The notes beneath the pieces were generated by a model. That model was not told where the DNA came from. It made no database searches and worked only from the letters and a program-made list of their open reading frames with translations. Shown here in pieces: positions 34,304-45,578 of a stretch of DNA of 45,578 bases. The DNA comes from Octopus sinensis (Eukaryota), in contig NW_021834806.1 in assembly GCF_006345805.1 (NCBI RefSeq), forward strand, positions 1 to 45,578. Direction: 5' to 3'. Within the stretch, counting starts at the first letter, position 1, and each line of letters starts with the position of its first letter. The position numbers and the translations under genes were made by a program.

Positions 34304-34494
34304 AAGAAGAAAAATCTTCACAAGGTCAAATTCAGAAAAAACAAGAAAAAATAATAAAATAATAATAATAATAACAACAACAACAATAATAATGTTAATC
34401 ACGCCTTTCTATCCATCCATCAATCCAACACCACCAATACCCACCGCTACTGCCACTGTCATTGCCACCACTACCACATCCAGTTCGAAGAAGT

Positions 34495-35900
34495 AGGGGG
34501 AGAGGAGGGGGAAGAGGAGGAGAAAGAAGAAGAAGAAGAGAAGAAGAAGAAGAGAAGAAGGAGAAGAAGAAGAAGAAGAAGAAGAAGAAGAAGCAGAAGA
34601 AGAAGAAGAAGAAGTGGAAGAGGAAGAAGAAGACCACCTCCACCGTCAAATAACCACCCCCATCACTTCCCACTAACCACTAGAATCCCCTCCTCTCCAC
34701 CTCCACCGCCATTTTCTCACTCTACTTCCTTTACATGTATACTCTTTCTTTCTTTCTTTCTCTCATTGTTTCTCAATCTTTCAATCTTTCACGTCTTTTT
34801 CTCCACCACCCCTCTCTCTCACTCTCTCCATCTTTCTATGGTCTCAACCTTCTAAATTTTCATTTTCCGCTCAGAAAACCTACAACAGCCACCAACACCA
34901 CTACCACCCCTAACAGAGTCATCATTCCTACAGACATGCACACACATACACACACATATACACACGCATACACACAGATACGCATACGCACACACCCATA
35001 TACACTCACGTACACAGATAAATGCACACAGACACACACACAAACACACACACACACACACGCACACATATCACGCGTCCACTCCACCCGTCCAGTCTCA
35101 CCCCTCAAATATATTTCACAATTCCATGTTACCCCCACTCCTGCTTACACCACCATCACCACCATAACCACCACCAACCACCACCACACCACCCCTTTAC
35201 CACCACCATGAGACCAACCACCAAACAAAAACCCCACCCTGTACCCAACCACCTAGCAACACCCTTAGCCAAAGCCGGCGTTAATATCTCATGCACACAG
35301 ACACACATGCACACACATACACGCACTCACACCCTATCTACATTTCGCCTCCACCAGCTACACCACTACCACCACCACCATTTATCCCTAACCTCAACCC
35401 TCGCACCCCACAGTCGCTCACTCCCTTTTACAGTTCAATCCCACCCCTAGTGCCCATCTTTTTTTTCCTTCTTTTTCACGACCTTGTTCTCTACCTTTAC
35501 TCAAGCGTCATCAAATCCAACATCATCCACATCACAATAAGAAACCTACACCCAGCCACCGATTTCCCCCATCACCACAGACACCAGCACCACCGACGTT
35601 AGCCCTGCTATAACACCAGACACCATCCCACCCACCCACAAACCCAAGCACACACACACACACACCCCTCATGCTCGTTCCTTACCACACCACTGTCACT
35701 ATAACACTAAAACAGCACCATGTCTGCCCTCCACTCAGCATCACCACCACAAACACATACACACACCAATTTTCCACTATAAAACACCACCGCCACCAAC
35801 CACCACCGCCACCAATATACCCAGCTACCCAGAACGTAAATACACGACTATCAACACACCCATTAGACCAACCTCTCGATACAAGCACACACACACACAC
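34495..35900. repeat. Low-complexity (GAA)n, (CT)n, (CA)n and (CCA)n-rich block
   Basis: Seen directly. Confidence 0.8.
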
Positions 35901-36095
35901 ATTTATATGGAGATATATAGATAGACAGACGCAAATCTATAGGCTTGCAGTCACACATAAACACACATGTGTGTGTATGAATGTATATGAATGCACAGAA
36001 AGAGAGGAGAGGGTGGGGTTACAGGAGAAATCACTATTATCTTGCGAAATATTTCTTAAAACAATTAATTGATATACTGATAAATAATAATAATA

Positions 36096-36499
36096 CTTTT
36101 TACTAAAAGCACAAAACCTGAAATTTTGAGGGAGGTAGCTAGTCGATTACACCGACCTCCACCAGTGGTTAAGTAGTACTTATGTCATCGACCCTGATAT
36201 GATGAAAGGCAAATTCGATCTCAGCCAGATTTGAACTTAGAACCAAAACACTGAAAGACGGCTGATGAGTATTTTTTTTGTTTTTATTTTGCTTGGTGCG
36301 CTAACGATTCCGCCAGCTCTCCGCCTTCATAAGTACCGCAAATTTTGGGTACACGACCAGTAATTTGAGGAGAGGGGGTAATCGATGACATCGACCCCAC
36401 TGCTCAAATGATACTTATCGTATCGACCCCGGAAGAATGAAAGTCAAAATGAGTTCGGCGGAATTTGAACTCAGAGATTAAGGAGCCAGAAGAAATGAA

Positions 36500-36565
<66 letters not shown>

Positions 36566-36661
36566 CATTATTATTATTATTTTATTATTATTATTATCAT
36601 CATATTATTATTATTATTTTATTATTATTATCATCAATATTATTATTATTATTATCATCAA

Positions 36662-36703
<42 letters not shown>

Positions 36704-37094
36704 CATCATCATCAATATTATTATTATTATTATTATCATCATCAATATTATTACTATTATCATCAATATTATTATTATTATTATCATCAATATTATTATT
36801 ATTATTATTATTATTATTATCATCAATATTATTATTATTATTATTATTATTATCATCAATTTTGTTATTATTATTATTATTATTATTATCATCAATATTA
36901 TTATTATTATTATTATTATTATTATCATTATTATCATTATTATTATTATTTATTTTTATTATTATTATTATTATTATAATCATTATTATCATTATTAATC
37001 ATAAGAACAACAATAACAACAACAAAAACAACAACAAAAACAACAACATAAACAACAACAACAACAACAACTAATAATAATAATAATAATAATA

Positions 37095-37143
<49 letters not shown>

Positions 37144-37568
37144 TCTTTTCTACTAAAGGCACTAGGCCTGAAATCGTGGAGGAGAGGATCAAGCTGATTA
37201 CATTGACCCCAGTGTTTCATTGGTACTTAATTTATCGACTTCGAAAGGATGAAAGGCAAAGTCGACCTCAGCAGAATTTGAACTCGGAACGTAGCGATGG
37301 GCGAAATACCGCTAAGCATTTCGTCCAGCTTGCTAACGATTCTGCCAGCTCACCAATAATAACGATAACAATCCTTGCTACTGGAGGCACAAGGCCTCAA
37401 ACTTGTGGGGAGGGAACTAGTAGATTACATCGACCCCAGTACTTTACTTTATCGAGACCAAAAGGATGAAAGGTGAAGCCGACCTCGGCAGAATTTGAAC
37501 TCCAAACGTAAAGACAGACGAAATGTCGCTAAGCATTTTGTCCGGCGTGCCAACGATTCTTCCTGCTC
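36096..37568 (-). mobile_element. Four SINE family B copies (about 36096-36328, 36340-36490, 37144-37352, 37372-37568) around a long (ATT)n array
   Basis: Each contains atcgaccc..gatgaaagg..gaatttgaact; three extend to ctaacgattc..ccagctc-like ends. Confidence 0.8.
36499..37143. repeat. (ATT)n array with periodic ATCATCAAT interruptions, then (CAA)n, (TAA)n and (TTA)n
   Basis: Seen directly. Confidence 0.95.
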
Positions 37569-37603
37569 GAATAATGATGATGATGATATTATTATTAAAA
37601 TAA

Positions 37604-37655
<52 letters not shown>

Positions 37656-37756
37656 TATTATATTATTATCATCATCATCATCATCATCATCATCATTATT
37701 ATTATTATTATTATTATTATATTATTATTATTATTATTATTATCATTATTATTATA

Positions 37757-37807
<51 letters not shown>

Positions 37808-37809
<2 letters not shown>

Positions 37810-38312
37810 GCAGTACCAGGCAGTGGCTCTCGTAGCTTCTGATCTTAACTGATTGTAAATGTTATCATGTACATTGTTTTGTCTTGGTATAAAAGATGGG
37901 CTACATCAAATATTCTGCTCAATATCACAGATTTTCTTGTCAGTTGTTTGACCTTAACTAGTTGAGTATGTCCCTTAGTGGCTGACGATATGTGCGAGAG
38001 GAATTCTTTAGGGTTTGTATAATTCACCTTTGGAAACATGGGTATTTCGTTCAACATCCTTAAACAACCCTTATTCAGAGAACTCTTGAGTGGGGTGGGT
38101 TACTCGACCAGAAGAAAATTCTAACTGGGTCCCACCTGCAAGGTCATGCGCTGTTTATCTTGATATGAGATCACCATGTCGCGTACATAAGGTTGTGATG
38201 CATGTGCCTAATGTACCCTTATCAAATGGGTAGTCATGGTGGATATACTGGACTTCGTATCTTTTACCCCAGTGACACTTCGATGGCATGCACTGCTCTC
38301 TTACTCCATAAT
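37808..38312. mobile_element. Probable interspersed repeat embedded between (TAT)n and (AAT)/(GGT)n
   Basis: About 500 bp of non-coding complex sequence sharply bounded by trinucleotide tracts. It resembles an octopus repeat I recall, but there is only one copy here, so the window does not prove it. Confidence 0.35.
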
Positions 38313-38388
38313 AATGGTGGTGGTGGTGGTGGTGATGGTGGTGGTGGTGGTGGTGGTGGTGTTTGTGGTGGTTGTTTTGGTGGTGGTG

Positions 38389-38421
<33 letters not shown>

Positions 38422-39707
38422 TAGTAGTAGTAGTAGTAGTAGTAGTAGTCTTTCTATTGTAGATATAAGGCCCCAGTGCTCAACTAGTGCTTATTTTATC
38501 GACCCCGAAAGGGTGAAAGACAATGTCGACAGCCGGTGCATATGATTATCACTGGCAATGTGACGCTCCCAAAATACTACACATACATACATACGTACAT
38601 ACATAAATACATAATAGATATGAACAATGACATACATACGTGTGTATGTTTATGTAGACAGACACGTACACATACGTACTCATACACACACACACACACA
38701 CACACACTCACACGTACACGCATACATGTGCACACACAAACATACTAACAAATAGCTGAGAAAGAAAGAGATGGATAGGTCAGATAAAGGGACGATAGAC
38801 AGATAGACATAAGGACAAATGTAGAACGATATATGAATTATTGCTTATATTATATCAATATATATATAAATATATGTATGTATATATGTATATGCATACA
38901 TATTGATATTGACTCTATTTGTATTAATTTATTATTGCTGTTTTGCTGCAAGTTTATCCCCGAATAACCAAGTTTTCCATCTTAACTTTCATACTTTGTC
39001 TATCAAAGTATGATTCCATTACTTAACTTCTTCGCATTTAAAGAACGCTACTTTATGAATCCAGGGTAATTTGGCTGTTATTTCTAGCAAACCAAAAAGT
39101 GAGAAAAACATAAATGCAGAGGTCGTGAAACTATTTAATATATAATCCAGGGCTGAAATGCAAGTGCATGAGAACCTATGGGGGCACATCTGTACTAAGA
39201 AAAAATATAATGAATCTTTAATGTTACAAAATTCATATGTAACTTATATTAAATTACAGGTTTAGTTTTAAGAATTAAACTGTTATTTTTTCTATTTCTT
39301 TTTCACATGAGTTTTCTTCGGTAGTGTCAGTGGGTAGTTTGAAATTCGAATCCAAGAGACGGGTTTCCCACACGTTGCATACAGGCTCCCTCTTTGGGCC
39401 CCGCTTTATTTTGTTTGGTTCTTTGTTTTTTATTTTTGTTATAGTATTGAGATGTTAAAAAAAAAAGCATAAAGATGGTCAAATACTTATGGATACAAAA
39501 TGAATTAACTCATGCTTAAACGTGTCATGCTTTCACCTTCGTATGATTGACTTTAGCAAAAAAAATACAGCTGCTTCGTTATTGTTTATTTTAAACCTTA
39601 GAAGGTTTGTTGCCCTTGAAGATTTAGGGACAAGTCGATTCTTCAGTTTACTCTATAAACACAGTCTATCACAAACATACATGATGTGTATGTAAATATA
39701 TGAATGG

Positions 39708-40026
39708 GTGTGTCTGTGAAATAAGAAGTTTGCTTTCCAATCAGACGGTTCCGGACCCAGCCCCACTGTGTGGAGCCTTGGGCATGTGTCTTCAACTATA
39801 ACCCTGGAGCGACCAAAGCTTTGTGACTGGACTTGATTGACAGAAACAGAAAGAAGCACGTCATGTGTGTGTGTGTGTGTGTGTGTGTGTGCTTGTCCCC
39901 CACCACTGCTTGACTTAGCGGTTCGGTTCAGAACGGGTAAAATAAATACCATGCTTAAGCAAAAATAAGTACTAAGGTCGACTCGTTCGATTAAACGCCC
40001 TTGAATGTGGCACCCCAGCATGACCA
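39708..40026 (+). mobile_element. SINE family A, diverged full-length copy
   Basis: cccactgtgtggagccttgggcatgtgtcttc..gaccaaagct..gaaagaagc..(TG)n..cttagcggttcgg..aataagtactaaggtcgactcgttcgattaa..ccccagcatgacc. Confidence 0.8.
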
Positions 40027-40038
40027 CACACACACAAC

Positions 40039-40094
<56 letters not shown>

Positions 40095-40702
40095 GTATAT
40101 ATATGTATATATATATAGTGTACTGTTCCGTGGTGGTAAAATCATCAAAAGAAGTACTCAATCTGATGAGAAATAAATATTATTTAATAAACACAATATA
40201 TGTATTTATGTGCTACTATTAGTTTCCAGTGTTGAGATCAGGCCTTTTTTAACACAATGCTATGTGGGCGGTGTCTGATGATTGTGCTAGGATACAAGAC
40301 GTGTAAGAAAACACTGTTTGGCATGCTTTCAGCACATGAAAGTAATAGTTGCACATAAATACATAAATTGTGCTTATCAAATAATGGTGATTAACTTTAC
40401 TTGTTAGTATAGTTACTACTCTCATCCCTTATTGAGATTTTACTTCTTGTTGGTGATTGTTGCTTTGTTTACAATATATTGCTAGCTAGAGCGAACTCAG
40501 GCCATCTCTCCGGCAACTAGGTGTTAGCGACTGATGGTGAGCGACGGAGTGCAGTGCTGCATCAATAGTCAGCTGACGAAAGATCTGCCTGGGGTTACAC
40601 CAGTAGTAACAGGGAACAGCCCCATATTGATGTGGCGATTAAATTTACTTGTTAATATAGTTACTAGTTTAATCTATTTTGCAACAAGCTACTTTGCTCA
40701 TA

Positions 40703-41963
40703 TATACAAGGTGCGGTGAATAAACTGCCGTCTAAATTACGCAAAAATAAAATTAACACTGAGTTCTCATTTTAACAGATGTATTTACCAAAATTGCATA
40801 AAAACATCTTGAATTACTTAAGAGTAAATTTATTCAATAAAATCGCCGTTGGCTTCAACCACCGCCCCCAAAACGACTTCGAAATTTCCTGTAACTCTTC
40901 TAAACGGTCTCCTTGTTTAAATTGGTCAATGCTGCCATTATCCTTACCTTCAGTTCACCTTTGGTGTTACGAGGAGTTTTGTTGGTCTCTCGCTCAAGTG
41001 CAACCTACACATAGTGATCAAGGAGGTTGCAGCCTGGGGCGTTAGGTGGCCAAATGTTAGGGGTGATGTGGTCGCAGAAATTGTCTGACAGCTATGACTG
41101 GGTTCTCCTGCTAATGTGACATGGTGCAGAATCCTGTTGCCAGACATAGGGTCTTCCAGCAGTCATCCGCTTGACCCAGGGGGGCATTATCTCCTCCAGG
41201 CACTTGATGTAGGCCCTCGTGTTGAGCCTGAAGCTTGTGGCAAGATGAATGGATGCATAACGTCGCTATCACTAGTGATCTCTCCAAACACCATGGTGTT
41301 GAGTGGATGTTTGACTTTTATCACCCTCGGTGCATATTTTGGAGACACAGCAAGCCAAAGGTTGTTCTGTGTGTTCACCATCAGATCCTGACAGAAATTT
41401 TTTCTCGTCTGAGAAAAACCAAAGCATTCTCGGTTGGAGGGGTTGCTTGAGTTTGTTCAGGAGCTTCATAGCGCGGTCTTTCCTCTTGTCTTGGAAGGCT
41501 TGGGATAGAAATTGGCCGTTTCTCATCTTGTATGAGGAATACCGAATGTCCCCATGCATTAACTGCCTGATAAGAAACTCAGACACTCCCATATCCCTGG
41601 TGATGGACCTGGATGATTTCGAAGGATCGTTGTCAATCATGGCCTGGATCTCAACAATAAATTCAGGAGTTCTTTTCTTATCAAACGATCGGAGTGAGTT
41701 TTCTGAGCTGCCGTACCTTCCTAATTACAATTAGACTCATCCAATCTTCTCGAATCCTCTGCACTGTCCTCAGATTGGCACCCAAGCACTCTAAGATGTT
41801 CATATTGGAGCTTCCGGTGCGAATGCCAAACAGTACAGTATGTCATTTCCAAATTTCTGGCAGAGAGAATTGCATCATAGTGTTCTTATTCTCGCAGACG
41901 GTGTAGTCGACAAAATCAAAAACAAACAATGCGCGAAAGTAAAAGTATAAAATTTTGTACCTG

Positions 41964-41966
<3 letters not shown>
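40703..41966 (-). mobile_element. Decayed Tc1/mariner element, DD37D (maT) family
   Basis: Contains the transposase remnant 40830-41878. Ends TA-CAAGGTGC.. and ..GTACCTG-TA match only weakly as TIRs. Confidence 0.8.
40830..41878 (-). pseudogene. DD37D transposase pseudogene
   Basis: [11 protein letters not shown].., HTH-like PSKSSRSITRDMGVSEFLIRQLM, WFFSDEKKF, VWQQDSAPCH..WPPNAPGCNLLDHY with 37 residues between the second and third D, ending AVVEANGDFIE*. Internal stops and frameshifts. Confidence 0.9.
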
Positions 41967-42036
<70 letters not shown>

Positions 42037-43061
42037 TATACATACATATATACATATATATACATATATATACATATATATACATATATATACATATATA
42101 TACACGCATATATAAACTTATATATACATACATAGATATATATATACACGCGCGCACACATGCACACCATGTACACACACATACGTATATATGAATATAT
42201 ATGTATGCATGTATGTATGTACGTATGTATGTATATGTATACATACACACACAAACAAATATTGTGTGAGGTTGGTTACGAGCGCTACTGGGTAACATGA
42301 CCATGATGTAACCCAATGCAACCTGTTGCATAATCGACGGCCGGCGACTAAAGCGACAATCCGTCCAGCACTTGTTTAATGAAGAGGGTGGTTTTGGACA
42401 CCTTGCAGCTGAGAAAACAAGACCTGCCAAAGGTCAGTTGAAGACTAAAAATTTGTCTATATTATAGTGTGAACATTTTCTCGTACCTGCAAATGTCCGT
42501 TTGTTTCTGAGTGTTGCGTCTGTACGAGCGCTGGAGTTTCTGTGTGGGCGCGTACTGATGTATACGTGTGTCTGTGTGTTTGTATGTGTATGGTTAGTAC
42601 TACGTATTTCATTTCATTGAGGCATAAATGAAGTAACCCGGTCGTTTCCCAAGTTTCAGAATTGGCGGTACCCTCCAGTTTTATTGTACGCCCATTGCTA
42701 ACATCGTTCAGTAGCGGTCTATTACATGGTGGTGTCTGTTTACAACTTAGTAGACTGGGCCGTTGAGATTTAGGTCGTGTCATGTATACAAACATACAAT
42801 GTCTAGATTGGACAGGAAACCCTGCCATTTTAACTATTTTATTAGCTACGACGCCAAAATGAACACACATGCATATGCTTATATACACACACATATATAT
42901 ATACACAAGTATATGCATACACACACAATTATATCTATGCATATATATATATATATATACACGAGTATTTGTATGTATATATATATATATATATATATAC
43001 ACACAATTATATGTATGTGTCTATATATTTATATGTATGCAATTATTTGTATACACACATG

Positions 43062-43118
<57 letters not shown>

Positions 43119-43332
43119 TCATACACACATTTAAATACATGAACCATACACATTCAAACGTGCGCGCGAACACACACAAATACACATAGAGACAAACACG
43201 CATGTGTGCTTCACTTATTAATACATACACTTGTATGCAAATTCACATACACACACATACATACATATGTATACACTTGAATATACAAATGCACACATGC
43301 TTCCGTAATTACATACATTTATACGCAAATTA

Positions 43333-43552
43333 TGAAGGTGCATGACTTAGTGGTGACGTTGTTGGACTGTTGATCGTCATATTGTGATTTCGATCCTTGG
43401 ACCGGGCGATACGTTGTGTTCTTGAACAAAACATTTCATTTCACGTTGCACAAGTCTACTCAGCTGAGTAATTCTGCGATGGACTAGTATCCTGTCTAGT
43501 GAAGAATATATGCGCCAGAGAAACCGGAAAACTATCCCTATGCTCCTTAAGG
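43333..43552 (+). mobile_element. tRNA-derived SINE family C2 (CORE-like middle, ctgcgatggact..cctgtc tail)
   Basis: Head gaaggtgcatgacttagtgg..tttcgatcc; second copy at 23790-23965. Confidence 0.7.
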
Positions 43553-43603
43553 AGTAATCTTGTCTAATCATATGGAAATTGGCACACACAAACACACACA
43601 CAA

Positions 43604-43649
<46 letters not shown>

Positions 43650-43719
43650 ACACACACACATACATACACATACACACACATTCACAAACACACGCATACA
43701 TTCTCGGTACTGAATTATC

Positions 43720-44040
43720 ACATAGGCACAAGACCGCAAATATACGAAGGGAAGAGTATTTTCCATTATATCGACTGATACTCTATTATTATTATACCGG
43801 CAGGATGAAAGGCAAAGTTGACCTCCGTAGTACTTGAACTTAGAACGAAAAGAACTACGAGCAAATATAAGTCCTTTCTGGCCCTCAACGGTTCTGTCGT
43901 TCAACTTTCGGCGAGGATAATTATACGCGTTATTTGCTTCGCTTCTTTTTGTTCTAAGTTCAAATCACGCTGAAGTCAGCTTTGTCTTTTATCTTTTCGG
44001 GGTCGATAACTAAGTTACCAGTCTTGCGTTGAGGTTGACT
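43720..44040. mobile_element. Two old SINE family B copies in opposite orientation (about 43720-43860 minus, 43905-44040 plus)
   Basis: aggatgaaaggcaaagttgacctc..ttgaacttagaac versus gttctaagttcaa..gtcagctttgtcttttatctt. Confidence 0.7.
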
Positions 44041-44390
44041 CTACCTCTCTCTCCCTGTCTCTTTCTCTCTTTCTTTTTCTCTCTCTCTCTCTTTCTTTCT
44101 TCCTTTCTTGCTCTCTTTTTCTCTCTCACACACTCTCTCCTTCTCTGTCTCCCTTGCACTTTCTCTTTCTTTCTTTCTCCTTCTCTCTTGCTCTTTCCCG
44201 CTATCTTGCTTTCCGTCTTTCTCTATCTCTCTCTCCCTCCCTACTTTCTCTCTCACTCACTCTTTCCTTCTTTGTCTCCCTTGCTCTTTTTCTTTCTTTC
44301 TTTCTTTCTCCTTCTCTCTTGCTCTTTCCCGCTATCTTGCTTTCCGTCTCTCTCTATATCTCTCTCCCTCCCCACTCTCTCTTCTCTCAT
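44040..44390. repeat. Polypyrimidine tract with an internal direct duplication of about 110 bp (44132-44241 / 44260-44373)
   Basis: tgtctcccttgc..ctccttctctcttgctctttcccgctatcttgctttccgtct..ctccctccc occurs twice. Confidence 0.85.
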
Positions 44391-44801
44391 CCTGTAATTC
44401 AAACGTCCAGTTTTCACATTGTGTCACACACTGATTGCGTCTAAAATTGCTCTTAAAATACACCTGTTCTAGAAATACTCCACAATTTTACGAATAGGGA
44501 TTCCGTTGACCTTAACACTGAAAGATCAGCGTCAACATCAATGGACAATCCGCCATATCCATATGAATAGTCAGATTTGGTTACAATGCGAGAGAAAACC
44601 TTGATATTTTGTAACTTCCCAAATCAAAACTCTTCATCATTACGGAACAACATATTGGATTACAATGGATGTTAGACCACCTATCAACGTAACCTTGATC
44701 ATGTTGCATTACAATAACTAGTCTTAGTTATTACTATTACTAGTCTTAGGTATTGCATAACAACCCCATTTCTCTTCCTACCGTCACCTCCAACAACAAC
44801 A

Positions 44802-45198
44802 GTGGAGGCGCAATGGCCCAGTGGTTAGGGCAGCGGACTCGCGGTCGGAGGATCGAGGTTTCGATTCCCAGACCGGGCGTTGGGTGTGTTTATTGAGCGA
44901 AAACACCTAAAGCTCCGGCAGGGGAGGGGGGGCGACCCCTGTTGTACTCTTTCGCTCCAACTTTTTCTCACTCTTTCTTCTTGTTTCTTGTCCCCGACTT
45001 CCTACGCAACCGCCGAGCCAGGATGCACATTCATCCATCCGTCGATGCTCTCGGTGTCGCGAGTTGACCTGCTTTCTCTTCTGCGGGTTTTACAAATAGC
45101 AAAGGACCACGTTTCGGACTTCTCCCATCTTGCGAGCTCTGAGACGAAGCCCGCTTCGCTCAACAGCTATAGCAGCAACAGCAACAACAACAACAACA
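44802..45198 (+). mobile_element. tRNA-derived SINE family R, tail type 2, ending in (CAA)n
   Basis: The head tggaggcgcaatggcccagtggttagggcagcggactcgcggtc..ggtttcgattcccagaccgggcg matches 10289-10590; the sequence diverges after ctcactctttcttc. (CAA)n lies on both flanks. Confidence 0.88.
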
Positions 45199-45401
45199 CT
45201 TTCACCGCCGTCACTACAAATGAGAAGGAACTGAGAGTACAGGGGAATTGTTCTTCAGTGTATACGCGTATATATTTGTGCGTAAATGCGTGTATGTTTG
45301 GATGGGTGAATACATGTATATATGTGTGCTTCTGTAAGCAAGGAGCTCTGTATACATTTATCCGTGTAACACAATAATACGCGTTGTATGTGCATCTATT
45401 C

Positions 45402-45578
45402 ATGACTGACCGTGTGATTGCACCTAGAAAGTTTCCCTCCCAGGCACAAGTCCGGGCAAGGTTGTTTATGGAAGACTAGCAGTTGTCCATGCATACCGGC
45501 CTCACCCTCTCCACGCCACCAGTGTTATCCAAGGAAAGGCAAGGGCCGATACAGCTTGGCACCTGTGACGTCGCAACT
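45402..45578 (-). mobile_element. Probable SINE or RTE-related tail fragment running off the window
   Basis: GC-richer non-coding block resembling RTE-related cephalopod SINE tails as I recall them; single copy in the window. Confidence 0.35.

Noticed and set aside
34462-34653. Lys/Glu/Arg-rich ORF resembling a nuclear basic protein
   Set aside because: Product of a (GAA)n/(GGA)n purine tract.
44802-44880. tRNA gene
   Set aside because: It has A/B boxes but no proper acceptor stem or terminator, and it continues into a SINE body shared with 10289-10590.
943-45403. Numerous 60-195 aa ORFs rich in YI, CV, HT, MYVC, I, N or L runs
   Set aside because: They are translations of microsatellites and SINEs with no domain signal.

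Overview
AT-rich, microsatellite-saturated eukaryotic non-coding DNA (intergenic or intronic). The repeat repertoire points to an octopod cephalopod; this is an inference from recalled repeat families, not a database search. There is no intact protein-coding gene. Almost all listed ORFs are translations of (TA)n, (CA)n, (TACA)n or (ATT)n tracts. The real coding remnants are two decayed Penelope-like retroelements (RT followed by GIY-YIG, about 6.56-8.12 kb and 16.3-18.1 kb), a decayed DD37D/maT Tc1-mariner (40.7-41.96 kb), the 3' end of an RTE LINE and a very short mariner HTH fragment. Four to five tRNA-derived SINE families are present in many copies. The most interesting signal is about ten type-I hammerhead-ribozyme (HHR) motifs in short non-coding elements. 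Most of these elements point their 3' ends into (TA)n tracts, and several are duplicated as inverted repeats, like Penelope pseudo-LTRs or retrozymes. The set includes a canonical HHR (21634-21676), a U4C variant with an extended stem I (21091-21152), a candidate natural G3:C8 compensatory core variant (15942-15991) and a branched stem-II variant (12.1-12.3 kb). All structures were paired by eye; none has been folded computationally or assayed.
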